Assembly: GCA_963830445.1 (NCBI GenBank)
Contig: CAWHMC010000013.1
Coordinates: forward strand, 96,785-160,784
Direction of reading: 5' to 3'
Source: an uncultured archaeon
GTDB lineage: Archaea > Micrarchaeota > Micrarchaeia > Micrarchaeales > CABMGC01
DNA length: 64,000 nt
Part shown: positions 1 to 9,083 of the stretch, one piece after another
Position numbering within the stretch: position 1 is the stretch's first letter
How the letters are laid out: each line of letters starts with the position of its first letter
Notes under the pieces: generated by a model
Told to the model about the DNA's origin: nothing
The model's input: only the letters and a program-made list of their open reading frames with translations
Databases searched by the model: none
Program-made: the position numbers and the translations under genes

Positions 1-32
1 TACTTTACATACATAATCCAAAATATCACGTT

Positions 33-584
33 CTAGCTTTCCGTCTGCGCGTCCTGAAGTCTTGGCCACTTCTTGTCCGACTCCGATAAGATCGGGACGG
101 TCGAGGAGGGCCAGCCTATCGCCAGTGCGGGATCGTTCCACAGTATCCCACGGCTGTTCTCCTTCGAGTACTCTTGTGTCATCCTATAAAGTATTGTTGT
201 GTTGTCCTCGAGGGCCATGAATCCGTGCGCGAATCCCTCCGGCACCCAAAGAATCTGCGGCTTGTCCCCCGATAGCTTTACACTGATCCACTTCGCGTAT
301 GTCGGGGAACCCTTCCTGATGTCGACCACGACGTCGAATATGCTGCCTGATAGAACCGTGACCAGTTTCCCCTGCTGTGCAGGCTTCAGTTGGTAGTGCA
401 GTCCGCGCACCACATTCTTATTTGACTTCGAGATGCTCTCCTGGGCGAACGTCCTGGGAATACCGTTCGCCTCGAACTCAGAGCGCTTGTACATCTCGAT
501 GAAGGCGCCCCTGTTGTCCAGGTATGAGTCACAGTCTACCCACACCACCTCCGGGATGCCGAGTTTGGTGAATTTAAGTGCCAT
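33..584 (-). CDS. rmlC: dTDP-4-dehydrorhamnose 3,5-epimerase
   Basis: Motifs DNRGAF, VVRGLHYQ, QGKLV, VVDIRKGSPT, VPEGFAHGF, WNDP typical of RmlC. Confidence 0.95.
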   Translation of the reverse strand: MALKFTKLGIPEVVWVDCDSYLDNRGAFIEMYKRSEFEANGIPRTFAQESISKSNKNVVRGLHYQLKPAQQGKLVTVLSGSIFDVVVDIRKGSPTYAKWISVKLSGDKPQILWVPEGFAHGFMALEDNTTILYRMTQEYSKENSRGILWNDPALAIGWPSSTVPILSESDKKWPRLQDAQTES

Positions 585-598
585 CTAATCGCTCGCCT

Positions 599-1342
599 TC
601 ACGACTTTTGGTCGTGCATCTTCTTCGCTAGCTCATTCGCCTTGAACAGAGACTCGAAAGTTCCTGCATCAGTCCAATCGGACTCGATTATGCGATAGTC
701 GAGCTTCCCTTCGGCAAGATACATGTTTATGAGGTCGGTCATCTCCAGTTCCCCGCGCCCGGAGGGCTTCAGCTTCTTTATCCTTGCGAATGCGGTGTTG
801 TCGACCATGTACAGTCCGGTAAGCGCATAACTTGACTTCGGCACTTTGGGCTTTTCCTCAAATGCCACAATCTTTTTGTTGCCATCGAAGACAGGGACTC
901 CGAAACGCGCCGGGTTGTCCACCTGTTTGAGGAACACCATCGTGCCCTTCTTGCGCCCGAACTCTGCAATGCTCGAACACACCATCTCAAACTCAGGCTT
1001 GGTGAAGTTGAAGATGTTGTCGCCGAGTATTACCACTATGTCTTCTCCTTCAAACACGCTCCCGGCAAGACCGAGGGCATGAGCGATGCCGAGCGACCCT
1101 TCCTGCACTTTATAGGTTAGGTTGACCCCGAACTCATGACCACTTCCAAGCAATCCTGCAAAACTTCCCGTGTGGTCCTTGCCAGTGACCACTAGTACGT
1201 CCTTTATGCCGAAGCTTGCGAGTGCCTCTATGGCATAATATATCATGGGCTTGTTGTATATCGGAAGAAGGTGCTTGTTGGTGACTTTTGTTATGGGGCG
1301 CAGACGCGTTCCTTCCCCTCCTGCGAGTACTACTCCCTTCAT
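599..1342 (-). CDS. rmlA: Glucose-1-phosphate thymidylyltransferase (short form)
   Basis: LAGGEGTRLRPIT, KHLLPIYNKPMIYY, EEKP, SGRGELE, WTDAGT motifs. Confidence 0.92.
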   Translation of the reverse strand: MKGVVLAGGEGTRLRPITKVTNKHLLPIYNKPMIYYAIEALASFGIKDVLVVTGKDHTGSFAGLLGSGHEFGVNLTYKVQEGSLGIAHALGLAGSVFEGEDIVVILGDNIFNFTKPEFEMVCSSIAEFGRKKGTMVFLKQVDNPARFGVPVFDGNKKIVAFEEKPKVPKSSYALTGLYMVDNTAFARIKKLKPSGRGELEMTDLINMYLAEGKLDYRIIESDWTDAGTFESLFKANELAKKMHDQKS

Positions 1343-1417
1343 GTTTACTCCTCAAAATACCTCGTTATTAGAGTGGAGCAAGCTGATATTTAAACGTAAT
1401 GCCCATATAAATCTAAC

Positions 1418-2293
1418 ATGGATAAACTGCTCGTGGTAGGGGGCAGCGGGCTTCTTGGAAGCAAGCTTTTGGAGCGCTGCGAAGGCACGTTTTCGGTGTT
1501 TGCAACCTACAAAACGCACGCCCTGAGGGGTAAGAACTCTCTCATGCTAGACGTGACGGACAGGGGGGCCACCCTAAAACTTGTCAAGAGGATAAAACCG
1601 GATTACGTCATCGATACGCACGCGCTCACCAATCTTGATTACTGCGAGACGCACAAGGAGGAGGCCTGGGAGGTCAACGTCAAGGGAACGCAGAACGTGG
1701 CAGAAGCGTGCAGGGAGTTAGGATGCAAATATGTCTTCATGTCCACCGACTCGGTGTTTGACGGCAAGAGGAAGAGGTATGTGGAGGATGACGAGACCAA
1801 CCCGCTGAATTACTATGGAGTGACGAAGCTTGCTGCCGAGCGTGCGATCGAGGAAATTGGAGTGGACCAGTTCATAGCGAGAACCTCCGTGATATACGGC
1901 AGGGGAGGAATGAATAAGGTTAACTTCGTCTCCTGGCTCGTTGAGAAGCTGTCTAAGGGTGAGAAGGTGAATATCGTCGTTGATCAGTATAACAACCCGA
2001 CGCTGGTCGACAACCTGGTAGAGCTTTTGTTAACGCTCGTTGAGAATGATGCGGAAGGAGTGTTCCATGCCACGGGAAGGAATTGCATCAGCAGGTACGA
2101 CTTTGCCTTGCAGATAGCCAATGCGTTCAGCTTGGACAATGGACTGATAAACCCTATCACCACTCCGGAGCTTAAGCAGATAGCGAAAAGGCCGGAGCGA
2201 GTCAACATGTGCGTAACGAAGGCGGAACGGGCCTCTGGGGTGAAGATGCTTACGACAGAAGAGGGCCTAAATGTGCTCAAGAGCGAGAAGTAG
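1418..2293 (+). CDS. rmlD: dTDP-4-dehydrorhamnose reductase
   Basis: GGSGLLG Rossmann motif, STDSVFDG, YGVTK (YxxxK), DQYNNPT. Confidence 0.93.
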   Translation: MDKLLVVGGSGLLGSKLLERCEGTFSVFATYKTHALRGKNSLMLDVTDRGATLKLVKRIKPDYVIDTHALTNLDYCETHKEEAWEVNVKGTQNVAEACRELGCKYVFMSTDSVFDGKRKRYVEDDETNPLNYYGVTKLAAERAIEEIGVDQFIARTSVIYGRGGMNKVNFVSWLVEKLSKGEKVNIVVDQYNNPTLVDNLVELLLTLVENDAEGVFHATGRNCISRYDFALQIANAFSLDNGLINPITTPELKQIAKRPERVNMCVTKAERASGVKMLTTEEGLNVLKSEK

Positions 2294-2364
2294 ACGGTGG
2301 CTTACCTAGACTGAGAGGGAGGCTTTATAATGTTTGTATCAGAACTCCTAAATGCCGTGCTATC

Positions 2365-3478
2365 ATGAAGATCGCATTCGTATATGACGTGCCTTACCCG
2401 TGGCATAAGGGCGGCATAGAGCACATACTAGCGGAGGAAGCGGAAGCGCTGGCGAAAGAGCATGAGGTGCACTTCTTCACTCTCAGATGGCCGGGTATGG
2501 GCAAGACGTTCAAGCGCAATGGCGTCCACTACCACACGTTCGGGCGCGCAAACGAGGGAAACACTTACAGGCACGGGCGTCGTTCCATACGCGAGGCGTT
2601 CGTCTTCGCGTTCTACGCGCTGACGATATTCCGGGGGGGCTTCGATGCGGTGATAACCGACGAGTTCCCAGTACTACACCTGTTGTTCATCCGCGTTTAC
2701 CAAGCACTGACAAAGTGCAAGCTTATCATACGGGTTGACGAAGTGTGGGACAAGGAGTATGGCTCAGCTACCTTGGCAATACGCTCGGAACCGTCGCTAG
2801 CCGCGCGGCCGATTGGCTTACCTTCTCAAGGCACGCGTTTTACGTTGCAAACTCCAGTCTGACGGCCAAGAAACTGGTCGCAAGGGGAGTTGACAAGACA
2901 AAGATAGACACCTTTGCTCCGGTGCTGGATGGAGCTGCGATAGACCGCGCCCTTAAGCGCGAGACCACATCGCAGAAGCGCGTATTCTTCTCAGGACGCC
3001 TGATAAAAGAGAAGCGCATAGACAAATGGCTAGCCGCATTCAGGAGCGTGACCAAACGTGAGCATGGCGTCAAGGGCGTGTTGATAGGAGAGGGAGTGGA
3101 ACACGACCATATCGAGAGCATGATTAGGGGGCTGGGGCTTGAGGGCAAAGTGCAGATTAGGAAGTTCTACAACAGCAAGGCCGACCTTTACAAGATGATG
3201 GCAGGCTCTGCCGTATTCCTCCACATGTCGGAGCGCGAAGGGCTGGGCATCATAGCTCTTGAGAGCCTTGCGCTTGGAACGCCGGTGGTGCTTCCTGATT
3301 ATAGTCCGATTCCAGAAGACGTGAAGCGCATGTGTGTAGTTGTGAAGGAGACGCGATTCCCACCAAGATAGCGGAGATACTTCGCAGTAAGAACAAGCAG
3401 AAGTACATAACTCACGCTGACGCACTAAATTCTTTCTCCACAAACGGGATACTCGAGTTCTATAGGAAGATACTCTGA
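2365..3478 (+). CDS. Glycosyltransferase family 4 (GT-B), with two apparent frameshifts (~2760, ~3350)
   Basis: MKIAFVYD..YPWHKGGIE N-terminus, then FSGRLIKEKRID and SEREGLGIIALESLALGTPVV in the next frame; a third frame gives a C-terminus ending at TGA 3476-3478. Confidence 0.85.
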
Positions 3479-4252
3479 CTACTTCTTCTGCTTCGGCTCC
3501 TCGAAGTGCTTCGTGTCAGCGAGAATCATGTGATGGTCGTTGTCGAAGCCTATGGCGGACTTGAACGCATCGTGGTCGATGGTTATCGTGTTGTCCGAAT
3601 AGGGGTCGTTTATGTAGAACGCATTCTTGTCATATCCCTTAACCACCACCCAATGCGGGGATGGATCCAGATAGGAGTTGATCACATTCGCGTTTATCAG
3701 AACAATCGGGACGTAGGCCGCGGATAGCGCCTTCTTTATGGATTGGACAGAGATGTTGTTGTGCTCCTCCTCGACGCCCATCGCCTCCGACTTGCCCTTG
3801 ATCTCGTTGAAAGAGGATGCCAGCGTGTCCAGGTTGACGTTCTCGTAGACGGCCATCTTGCGCTCGTAGCCTTCGTCCTTGGTGTTGCTGATGACTCCGA
3901 CCTTGGCGCCGCGCTTCGCGAGGGCGTAGGCGACACCGTACTTGCTGCCGTGCCAGACGCTGCCGTTGACCGCCTCCTGCCAGATCGTGTACTCGCTCTC
4001 CTTCTTGAACTTGAAGTCAGGGTTGACGTACTTTAGAACCATCATGGCGCATGCAGCGGAGCTCGTGAACTCCTCGCTCTGCGGGTAATGGGGTATATCG
4101 AACATGGCCTTGTCCTTCATCTTTACCTTCTTCAGGCGTCCGAGGAACTTGCCCTGCGCTTTTGCGACCTTTGATTTTGGCTTCGCTACCTTAGCCCCTG
4201 AGTGGGCCTTGATCGTTTTCTTGCTTTTTCCACTTTTGTTTGTTTTTGCCAT
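3479..4252 (-). CDS. Peptidase C39-like family protein with Lys-rich N-terminus; predicted catalytic Cys replaced by Ser
   Basis: IPHYPQSEEFTSSAAC, HWVVVKGYD, YINDPY match the C39 Q..C/H/D layout. Confidence 0.75.
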   Translation of the reverse strand: MAKTNKSGKSKKTIKAHSGAKVAKPKSKVAKAQGKFLGRLKKVKMKDKAMFDIPHYPQSEEFTSSAACAMMVLKYVNPDFKFKKESEYTIWQEAVNGSVWHGSKYGVAYALAKRGAKVGVISNTKDEGYERKMAVYENVNLDTLASSFNEIKGKSEAMGVEEEHNNISVQSIKKALSAAYVPIVLINANVINSYLDPSPHWVVVKGYDKNAFYINDPYSDNTITIDHDAFKSAIGFDNDHHMILADTKHFEEPKQKK

Positions 4253-4270
4253 GATCGCACCGTTTGACGG

Positions 4271-4371
4271 TGGTGCAGGGGGAGAGATTTGTTCATTTCT
4301 TTTGAACTCCCGTAGGCCTAAGCCAACAGATCTTGAGTCTGTCGCATTTGACCAGGCTCTGCCACCCCTGC
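4271..4371 (-). tRNA. tRNA-Leu(CAA) with a 13-nt non-canonical T-loop intron (58/59) at 4289-4301; CCA encoded
   Basis: Reverse complement folds into acceptor GCAGGGG/CCCCTGC-A-CCA, anticodon arm ACAGA-CTCAAGA-TCTGT and a long variable arm. T-arm is GGGAG-TTCAA[AAGAAATGAACAA]AT-CTCTC. Confidence 0.93.
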
Positions 4372-4560
4372 AACACCATTAATTACAACATATGATTATT
4401 AAACACATACTTCGTGTACAAGGATAAGTATTTAACGCTGATATTTAATACTTTCTGTACCGTTTTTCCGAATTTTTGTGGATGGTTCTGTGTCTATAAT
4501 TTATACTTATACCTCGTATCTTCAGATATATATGCGTTGTTGATTCGGCGGCGCCAGATA

Positions 4561-7500
4561 ATGAGAGGCATGGAGATAAAGAAGATTTCTGAGGTCAAGT
4601 TCGAGATCCCTCGGGATGAGAACGCGGGCATGAACGGCGGAGTGACGTTCTACGCCACTGAGGAGATGTTCGACAAGATGAAAAAGGACAGCACAGTGCA
4701 ACAGGCAATCAATGCGACAACCCTGCCCGGACTTGTGGGAAACGTTTTGGTGATGCCCGATGGGCATCAGGGATACGGATTCCCGGTCGGAGGGGTGGCG
4801 GCGTTCGATGCAGAGAACGGAATAATCTCTCCCGGCGCGGTCGGGTTTGACATCAACTGCCTGCACCCAGATACAAAGGTCTCCGTTGAAGACGGTTGTT
4901 GGAAACGTATCGAGGAACTGAAGAACGAGAAGGTATTGGTTCTTGACCGTGTTTCTGGGAAAACGATAACCGCGCAGATAGCTTTGTCTATGAAGCGAAC
5001 AGAGAAAGATAGCCTGTTCCTGATTAGAAGCAGATTTAGGAAAGAGCTCATTGTGACTGGAGATCACCCCATACTTACTAGAAATGGAATGGTTCTGGCC
5101 AAGAATCTTACTACGCAAGATGAATTAGTTTCATCTGGATTCGAAGGTGTAGAATATACGCAGACTGTGCACCATAAACGTATTGTCGGAATTGAAGAAC
5201 TAAACAAAGCGATGGATGCTTTAAGTGTAAAGAAGACGAGAAACGCGAGAACTCAAATGGTCAATTATCTCAGAGAGCGCGATCTTGTTGATATATACTC
5301 GGATCATCCTAAACTTGGAACTATCTGCAAGGTCTTTGGTTTCTTAATAGGAGATGGCACAATACCGCGTGGGAAAGGCAGGGTGAATTGTTATGGTAAG
5401 GAAAGAGACTTGTATGTGCTTAAGGCTGATTTTGAGAAACTCGGATTTAATGGTAACGTCAACAGGAGGGAAAGACACCACAGCATCACGACAGCATACG
5501 GCAACAGCGCGTTTGATTTTGAGGAATTTTCTTTGGCAGTCCCTTCAAACGCTTTGCGTGTTCTTCTCGTAGCGCTTGGTGCTCCATTTGGGAATAGATC
5601 CTCTACAGATTATAAAATACCTGACTGGATAATTAATGCTGAGCCGTGGCAGAAGAGGTTATTCTTGTCTGCATATTTTGGTGCGGAGATGACAAAACCC
5701 ATTGTGGCGCCTGGCGGATATAACTTCGCTTGCCCCTTGATCAGTATTAATAAGTTAGAGACGCTTTCGGAGAGTGCAATAGCGTTTCTTAATCAGCTTG
5801 CTTCCATGCTTCTGGATTTCGGCGTCACTTGCTCAGACATAAGGATTGTAGAAGGCTATAGGTACAATGGCAAGCATGGCATTACGGTAGGGTATAGGCT
5901 TAGGATAAACTCTGAGACGCAGAACCTCATACGGTTCTTCAGCACTGTTGGCTACAGTTATAATAGTATGAAGGAAGAGTTGGCAAGTTTTGCTGTGCTT
6001 TATCTTACAATGCTCGAACAGAGGCGCACCAAGCTTGATAGAGTAAGGACTGCGGCAATTGTGATGCATAACAAAGGGATTAGCACAAAAGAGATAGTGG
6101 GGCAGCTCTCTTCTGAGGATATAAATGAGAGCTTTATTGCGCATTCGACACAGGGGCGCATCGGTGCAGCCAGGATATGGGAAATGCAGGGGTTCTCGGA
6201 TTTCTGCAAGGCTAATGTTGCTGCTGAAGGGTTCCTTTATGACAAGGTAGCGGATATCCTCCGATTCCCGCATGATGGTTACGTTTACGACATTACAGTT
6301 GCTAATGAGAATCATAATTTTCTGGCCGATGGCGCGGTCGTGTCCAACTGTGGAGTCAGGCTGATAAAAACCAATCTGACCGAGAAGGATATTAAAAGCA
6401 AGATAAAGGCGATAGCGGATGCGCTGTTCAAGAATGTGCCGACAGGAGTGGGCAGCAAACTGAATATCGGTTTCAAGCAGGAGGACCTGGAGAGGGTGGC
6501 GCAGGAAGGCGCGGAGTATGCAATAGGCAAAGGCTATGGCATCCCAGGGGATGTTGAGAGCATAGAAGAGAATGGCAGATTGGATGGCGCCGACTTCTCG
6601 AAGGTGAGCAAGGATGCGAAGAGGCGTGGGCTCAACCAGCTCGGCACGCTGGGTGCAGGGAACCACTTCCTCGAAGTGCAGAAAGTTGAGAAGCTCTTTG
6701 ACAAGGAGGTTGCAAAGAGCTATGGGCTGTTTGAGGACCAGATAGTGATAATGGTCCACACCGGTTCACGGGGCTTCGGGCACCAGATCTGCAGCGACTT
6801 CCTCCGATCGCTGGTGACCTACCAGCAGGAGCACGGCATCAAGCTTGTGGACAGGGAGCTGAGCTACGCCCAGGTTGGCAGCAGGGAGGCGGCAGATTAC
6901 ATCAAGGCGATGAACTGCGCGGTCAACTTCGCCTTCACCAACCGGCAGATGATCACCCATCTGGTCCGCCAGAGCTTCTCGGAGGTATTCGGGAAGAGCT
7001 CCGACGCGCTGGGGATGGAGCTGCTCTACGACGTTGCCCATAACATAGCAAAGCCTGAGATGCATACGGTAGATGGGCAGAAGAGGATGCTCTACATTCA
7101 CAGAAAGGGGGCGACGCGCGCATACCCGAAGGGGATGAAGGAGATCCCGAAGAAGTACCGCAGCGTCGGACAGCCGGTCATAATACCCGGCAGCATGAGC
7201 ACCGGGAGCTACGTACTTTGCGGGATGGAGGGCTCCATGACGGAGTCGTTCGGCTCGGCGTGCCACGGCTCCGGGAGAGTGATGTCGCGTCACCAGGCGA
7301 TACGCGAGATTCCTGCAGCGAAGACTTTTGAGACCCTCAGGGAGAAGCACGTGGAGATAAGGGTCAAGACGCGCGGGCTTATCAGCGAGGAGGCGGAGTG
7401 GGCCTACAAGAATCCGGATGACGTTGTGGGCGTGGTGGAGAAGGCGGGTCTGGCGAAGATAGTTTCGAAAAACAAGCCGATGATTGTGATAAAGGGCTGA
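4561..7500 (+). CDS. rtcB: tRNA-splicing ligase RtcB, intein-containing
   Basis: MPDGHQGYGFPVGG, GFDIN/CGVRL split by intein, QLGTLGAGNHF, HTGSRGFG, HRKGATRA, PGSM, SACHGSGR. Start placed at ATG 4561 (or 4570). Confidence 0.96.
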   Translation: MRGMEIKKISEVKFEIPRDENAGMNGGVTFYATEEMFDKMKKDSTVQQAINATTLPGLVGNVLVMPDGHQGYGFPVGGVAAFDAENGIISPGAVGFDINCLHPDTKVSVEDGCWKRIEELKNEKVLVLDRVSGKTITAQIALSMKRTEKDSLFLIRSRFRKELIVTGDHPILTRNGMVLAKNLTTQDELVSSGFEGVEYTQTVHHKRIVGIEELNKAMDALSVKKTRNARTQMVNYLRERDLVDIYSDHPKLGTICKVFGFLIGDGTIPRGKGRVNCYGKERDLYVLKADFEKLGFNGNVNRRERHHSITTAYGNSAFDFEEFSLAVPSNALRVLLVALGAPFGNRSSTDYKIPDWIINAEPWQKRLFLSAYFGAEMTKPIVAPGGYNFACPLISINKLETLSESAIAFLNQLASMLLDFGVTCSDIRIVEGYRYNGKHGITVGYRLRINSETQNLIRFFSTVGYSYNSMKEELASFAVLYLTMLEQRRTKLDRVRTAAIVMHNKGISTKEIVGQLSSEDINESFIAHSTQGRIGAARIWEMQGFSDFCKANVAAEGFLYDKVADILRFPHDGYVYDITVANENHNFLADGAVVSNCGVRLIKTNLTEKDIKSKIKAIADALFKNVPTGVGSKLNIGFKQEDLERVAQEGAEYAIGKGYGIPGDVESIEENGRLDGADFSKVSKDAKRRGLNQLGTLGAGNHFLEVQKVEKLFDKEVAKSYGLFEDQIVIMVHTGSRGFGHQICSDFLRSLVTYQQEHGIKLVDRELSYAQVGSREAADYIKAMNCAVNFAFTNRQMITHLVRQSFSEVFGKSSDALGMELLYDVAHNIAKPEMHTVDGQKRMLYIHRKGATRAYPKGMKEIPKKYRSVGQPVIIPGSMSTGSYVLCGMEGSMTESFGSACHGSGRVMSRHQAIREIPAAKTFETLREKHVEIRVKTRGLISEEAEWAYKNPDDVVGVVEKAGLAKIVSKNKPMIVIKG
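4858..6348 (+). mobile_element. Intein (497 aa) with LAGLIDADG homing endonuclease in RtcB
   Basis: Begins CLHPDT, block B VTGDHPIL, LAGLIDADG-like FGFLIGDG and FLSAYFGAE, ends VYDITV..HNFLADGAVVSN followed by Cys+1; visibly more AT-rich than the exteins. Confidence 0.93.
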
Positions 7501-8325
7501 TCAAAGCCGTGTCTTTTCCAGTAGGCTCTGAAGATCCTTGAGTAGATACGCGGCCATGGGCATCGTGAGCGAGTTTGTCAGATCGGTCAGCACTGCCACT
7601 GCTTCTCCGAACTGCTTGTTCTGGGCCAGGTACCGCGCCAGGTAGTAGAAGGCGTTCGGCTCCCCGGTGTTAAGCAGCGGGCGGGTGTGCTGCATCACCT
7701 CCCCAGTGCGCGCAACCACCGCGTAGACCATGTTGCAGTAGCCCTGCGCCAGGCCACCCTTCTTCGTGCTGTTGAGGTTGTCCAGGCAACTCCTCGCCCG
7801 CAACGGCCGGTTGAGGAATATGTTTGACATGAATGCGAAGTACATGAGTTGCGCATCTCCCGACGCGTCGTTGGTGGCGTTTATCGTGCCTAGCGTCTTG
7901 TAGAAACACTCCTTTGACTTGGAAATCAGCTTCATCGAAACGGCGACGTTGGCCGCGTTCTCCTCCATGAACCCTGGGCGCGCATAGTCAAGATCGCGGT
8001 AGGCGAACCCCGAGGCCATGGCGTACAGCACGCCCGGGCCGTACAGGGAGAGGGTCTGGACACTGCCCTGCTTCTGGAGGTCTAGGGCGAAGGCATCTAA
8101 ACCTGCCGCGTCGCCCTGCAGGGCCTTTGCATTCAGCGCGGAGAGGGCCGGAGGAGCGGAATCGGGCGCCGGCTGGCCGGATAGATAGGCTTCGCATACA
8201 TTGCAGATGGTCTCGTTGGGCAGGGCGCCGATGGTCACGGCTCCGCAGTAGGGGCATCCGTGCCGGTAGCCGCCGTTCTTAATCATCTTCGCCTGCGCAA
8301 GGAGCTGACGCGGAACCTTCTCCAT
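7501..8325 (-). CDS. Hypothetical protein with N-terminal Zn ribbon (CPYC..CNVC) and helical TPR-like C-terminus
   Basis: Two CxxC pairs; AFYYLARYLAQNKQFGEAV is TPR-like. Confidence 0.6.
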   Translation of the reverse strand: MEKVPRQLLAQAKMIKNGGYRHGCPYCGAVTIGALPNETICNVCEAYLSGQPAPDSAPPALSALNAKALQGDAAGLDAFALDLQKQGSVQTLSLYGPGVLYAMASGFAYRDLDYARPGFMEENAANVAVSMKLISKSKECFYKTLGTINATNDASGDAQLMYFAFMSNIFLNRPLRARSCLDNLNSTKKGGLAQGYCNMVYAVVARTGEVMQHTRPLLNTGEPNAFYYLARYLAQNKQFGEAVAVLTDLTNSLTMPMAAYLLKDLQSLLEKTRL

Positions 8326-8350
8326 GATACGGTAGTGTAATTAGTTCTTT

Positions 8351-9022
8351 TTAACCTTTCTCTGGCGTCTTCCGAAATACGACGAAGAGGTGCATCTTGT
8401 CGAACGGCTCCAGCTTTATCTGCTGGACCGACTCGAACATCCCGGCCACATCGGAGATGAACTCCTTGAAGACCTCATCGGGCTTCCTGGAGACATCGAT
8501 GCTCTGGGATTTTATCGCCACGTAGGCTATGCCTCCGGGCTTCAGCAGCGCGCCGTTGCGCATCAGGATATCGGCCTGGTCCGGCGCGGAGACGTCCTGA
8601 TAGAGCACATCGACCTCGCCCACGTCATCGGAGTACTCGTCCGGGTTGCGCGCGTCGGCGAAGATCGGGAACATGTTCTCCCTCCGCTCGCACACGTTGA
8701 GCAGGTCGCGCATGCTGCGCTTGGAGACCTCGATGCAGAAGACGCCGCCCTCCATGCCCACTATGTCGCTCACATGGCTGCTGGTCGTGCCGGTCGCTGC
8801 GCCCAGATAAAGCACGTTCGATCCGGCCTTTATCGCGGGGGTCCTGAGCCCGTTCAGGAGCGCGGCTCCGAGCTTGCTGCGGTAGGGATTCCACATGCGA
8901 TACTCCGTTCCCTGGATGCTCTTCAGCTCCTCGTCGTACACCTTGTATCCAGGTACCAGGTTCCTGGTCGCTATCTTGCCCTCTATCTTGAAGATGCCTT
9001 CGAAAAGTTCGGTAACCGCCAT
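8351..9022 (-). CDS. flpA: Fibrillarin-like rRNA/tRNA 2'-O-methyltransferase
   Basis: YRMWNPYRSKLGAA, VLYLGAATGTTSSHVSD, YQDVSAPDQ, IKSQSIDV. Confidence 0.96.
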   Translation of the reverse strand: MAVTELFEGIFKIEGKIATRNLVPGYKVYDEELKSIQGTEYRMWNPYRSKLGAALLNGLRTPAIKAGSNVLYLGAATGTTSSHVSDIVGMEGGVFCIEVSKRSMRDLLNVCERRENMFPIFADARNPDEYSDDVGEVDVLYQDVSAPDQADILMRNGALLKPGGIAYVAIKSQSIDVSRKPDEVFKEFISDVAGMFESVQQIKLEPFDKMHLFVVFRKTPEKG

Positions 9023-9083
9023 GAGACGCACGTTTTTATAGTTTATACCAGTAAGACGTATTGAATGCACTTTTGGTAATTAA

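Noticed and set aside
33-2293. Incomplete rhamnose pathway (no rmlB)
   Set aside because: The cluster is at the window edge; rmlB may lie just outside.
4414-4560. N-terminal extension of RtcB in the ORF track
   Set aside because: AT-rich promoter region with a GTG start; RtcB-like sequence begins at ATG 4561/4570.
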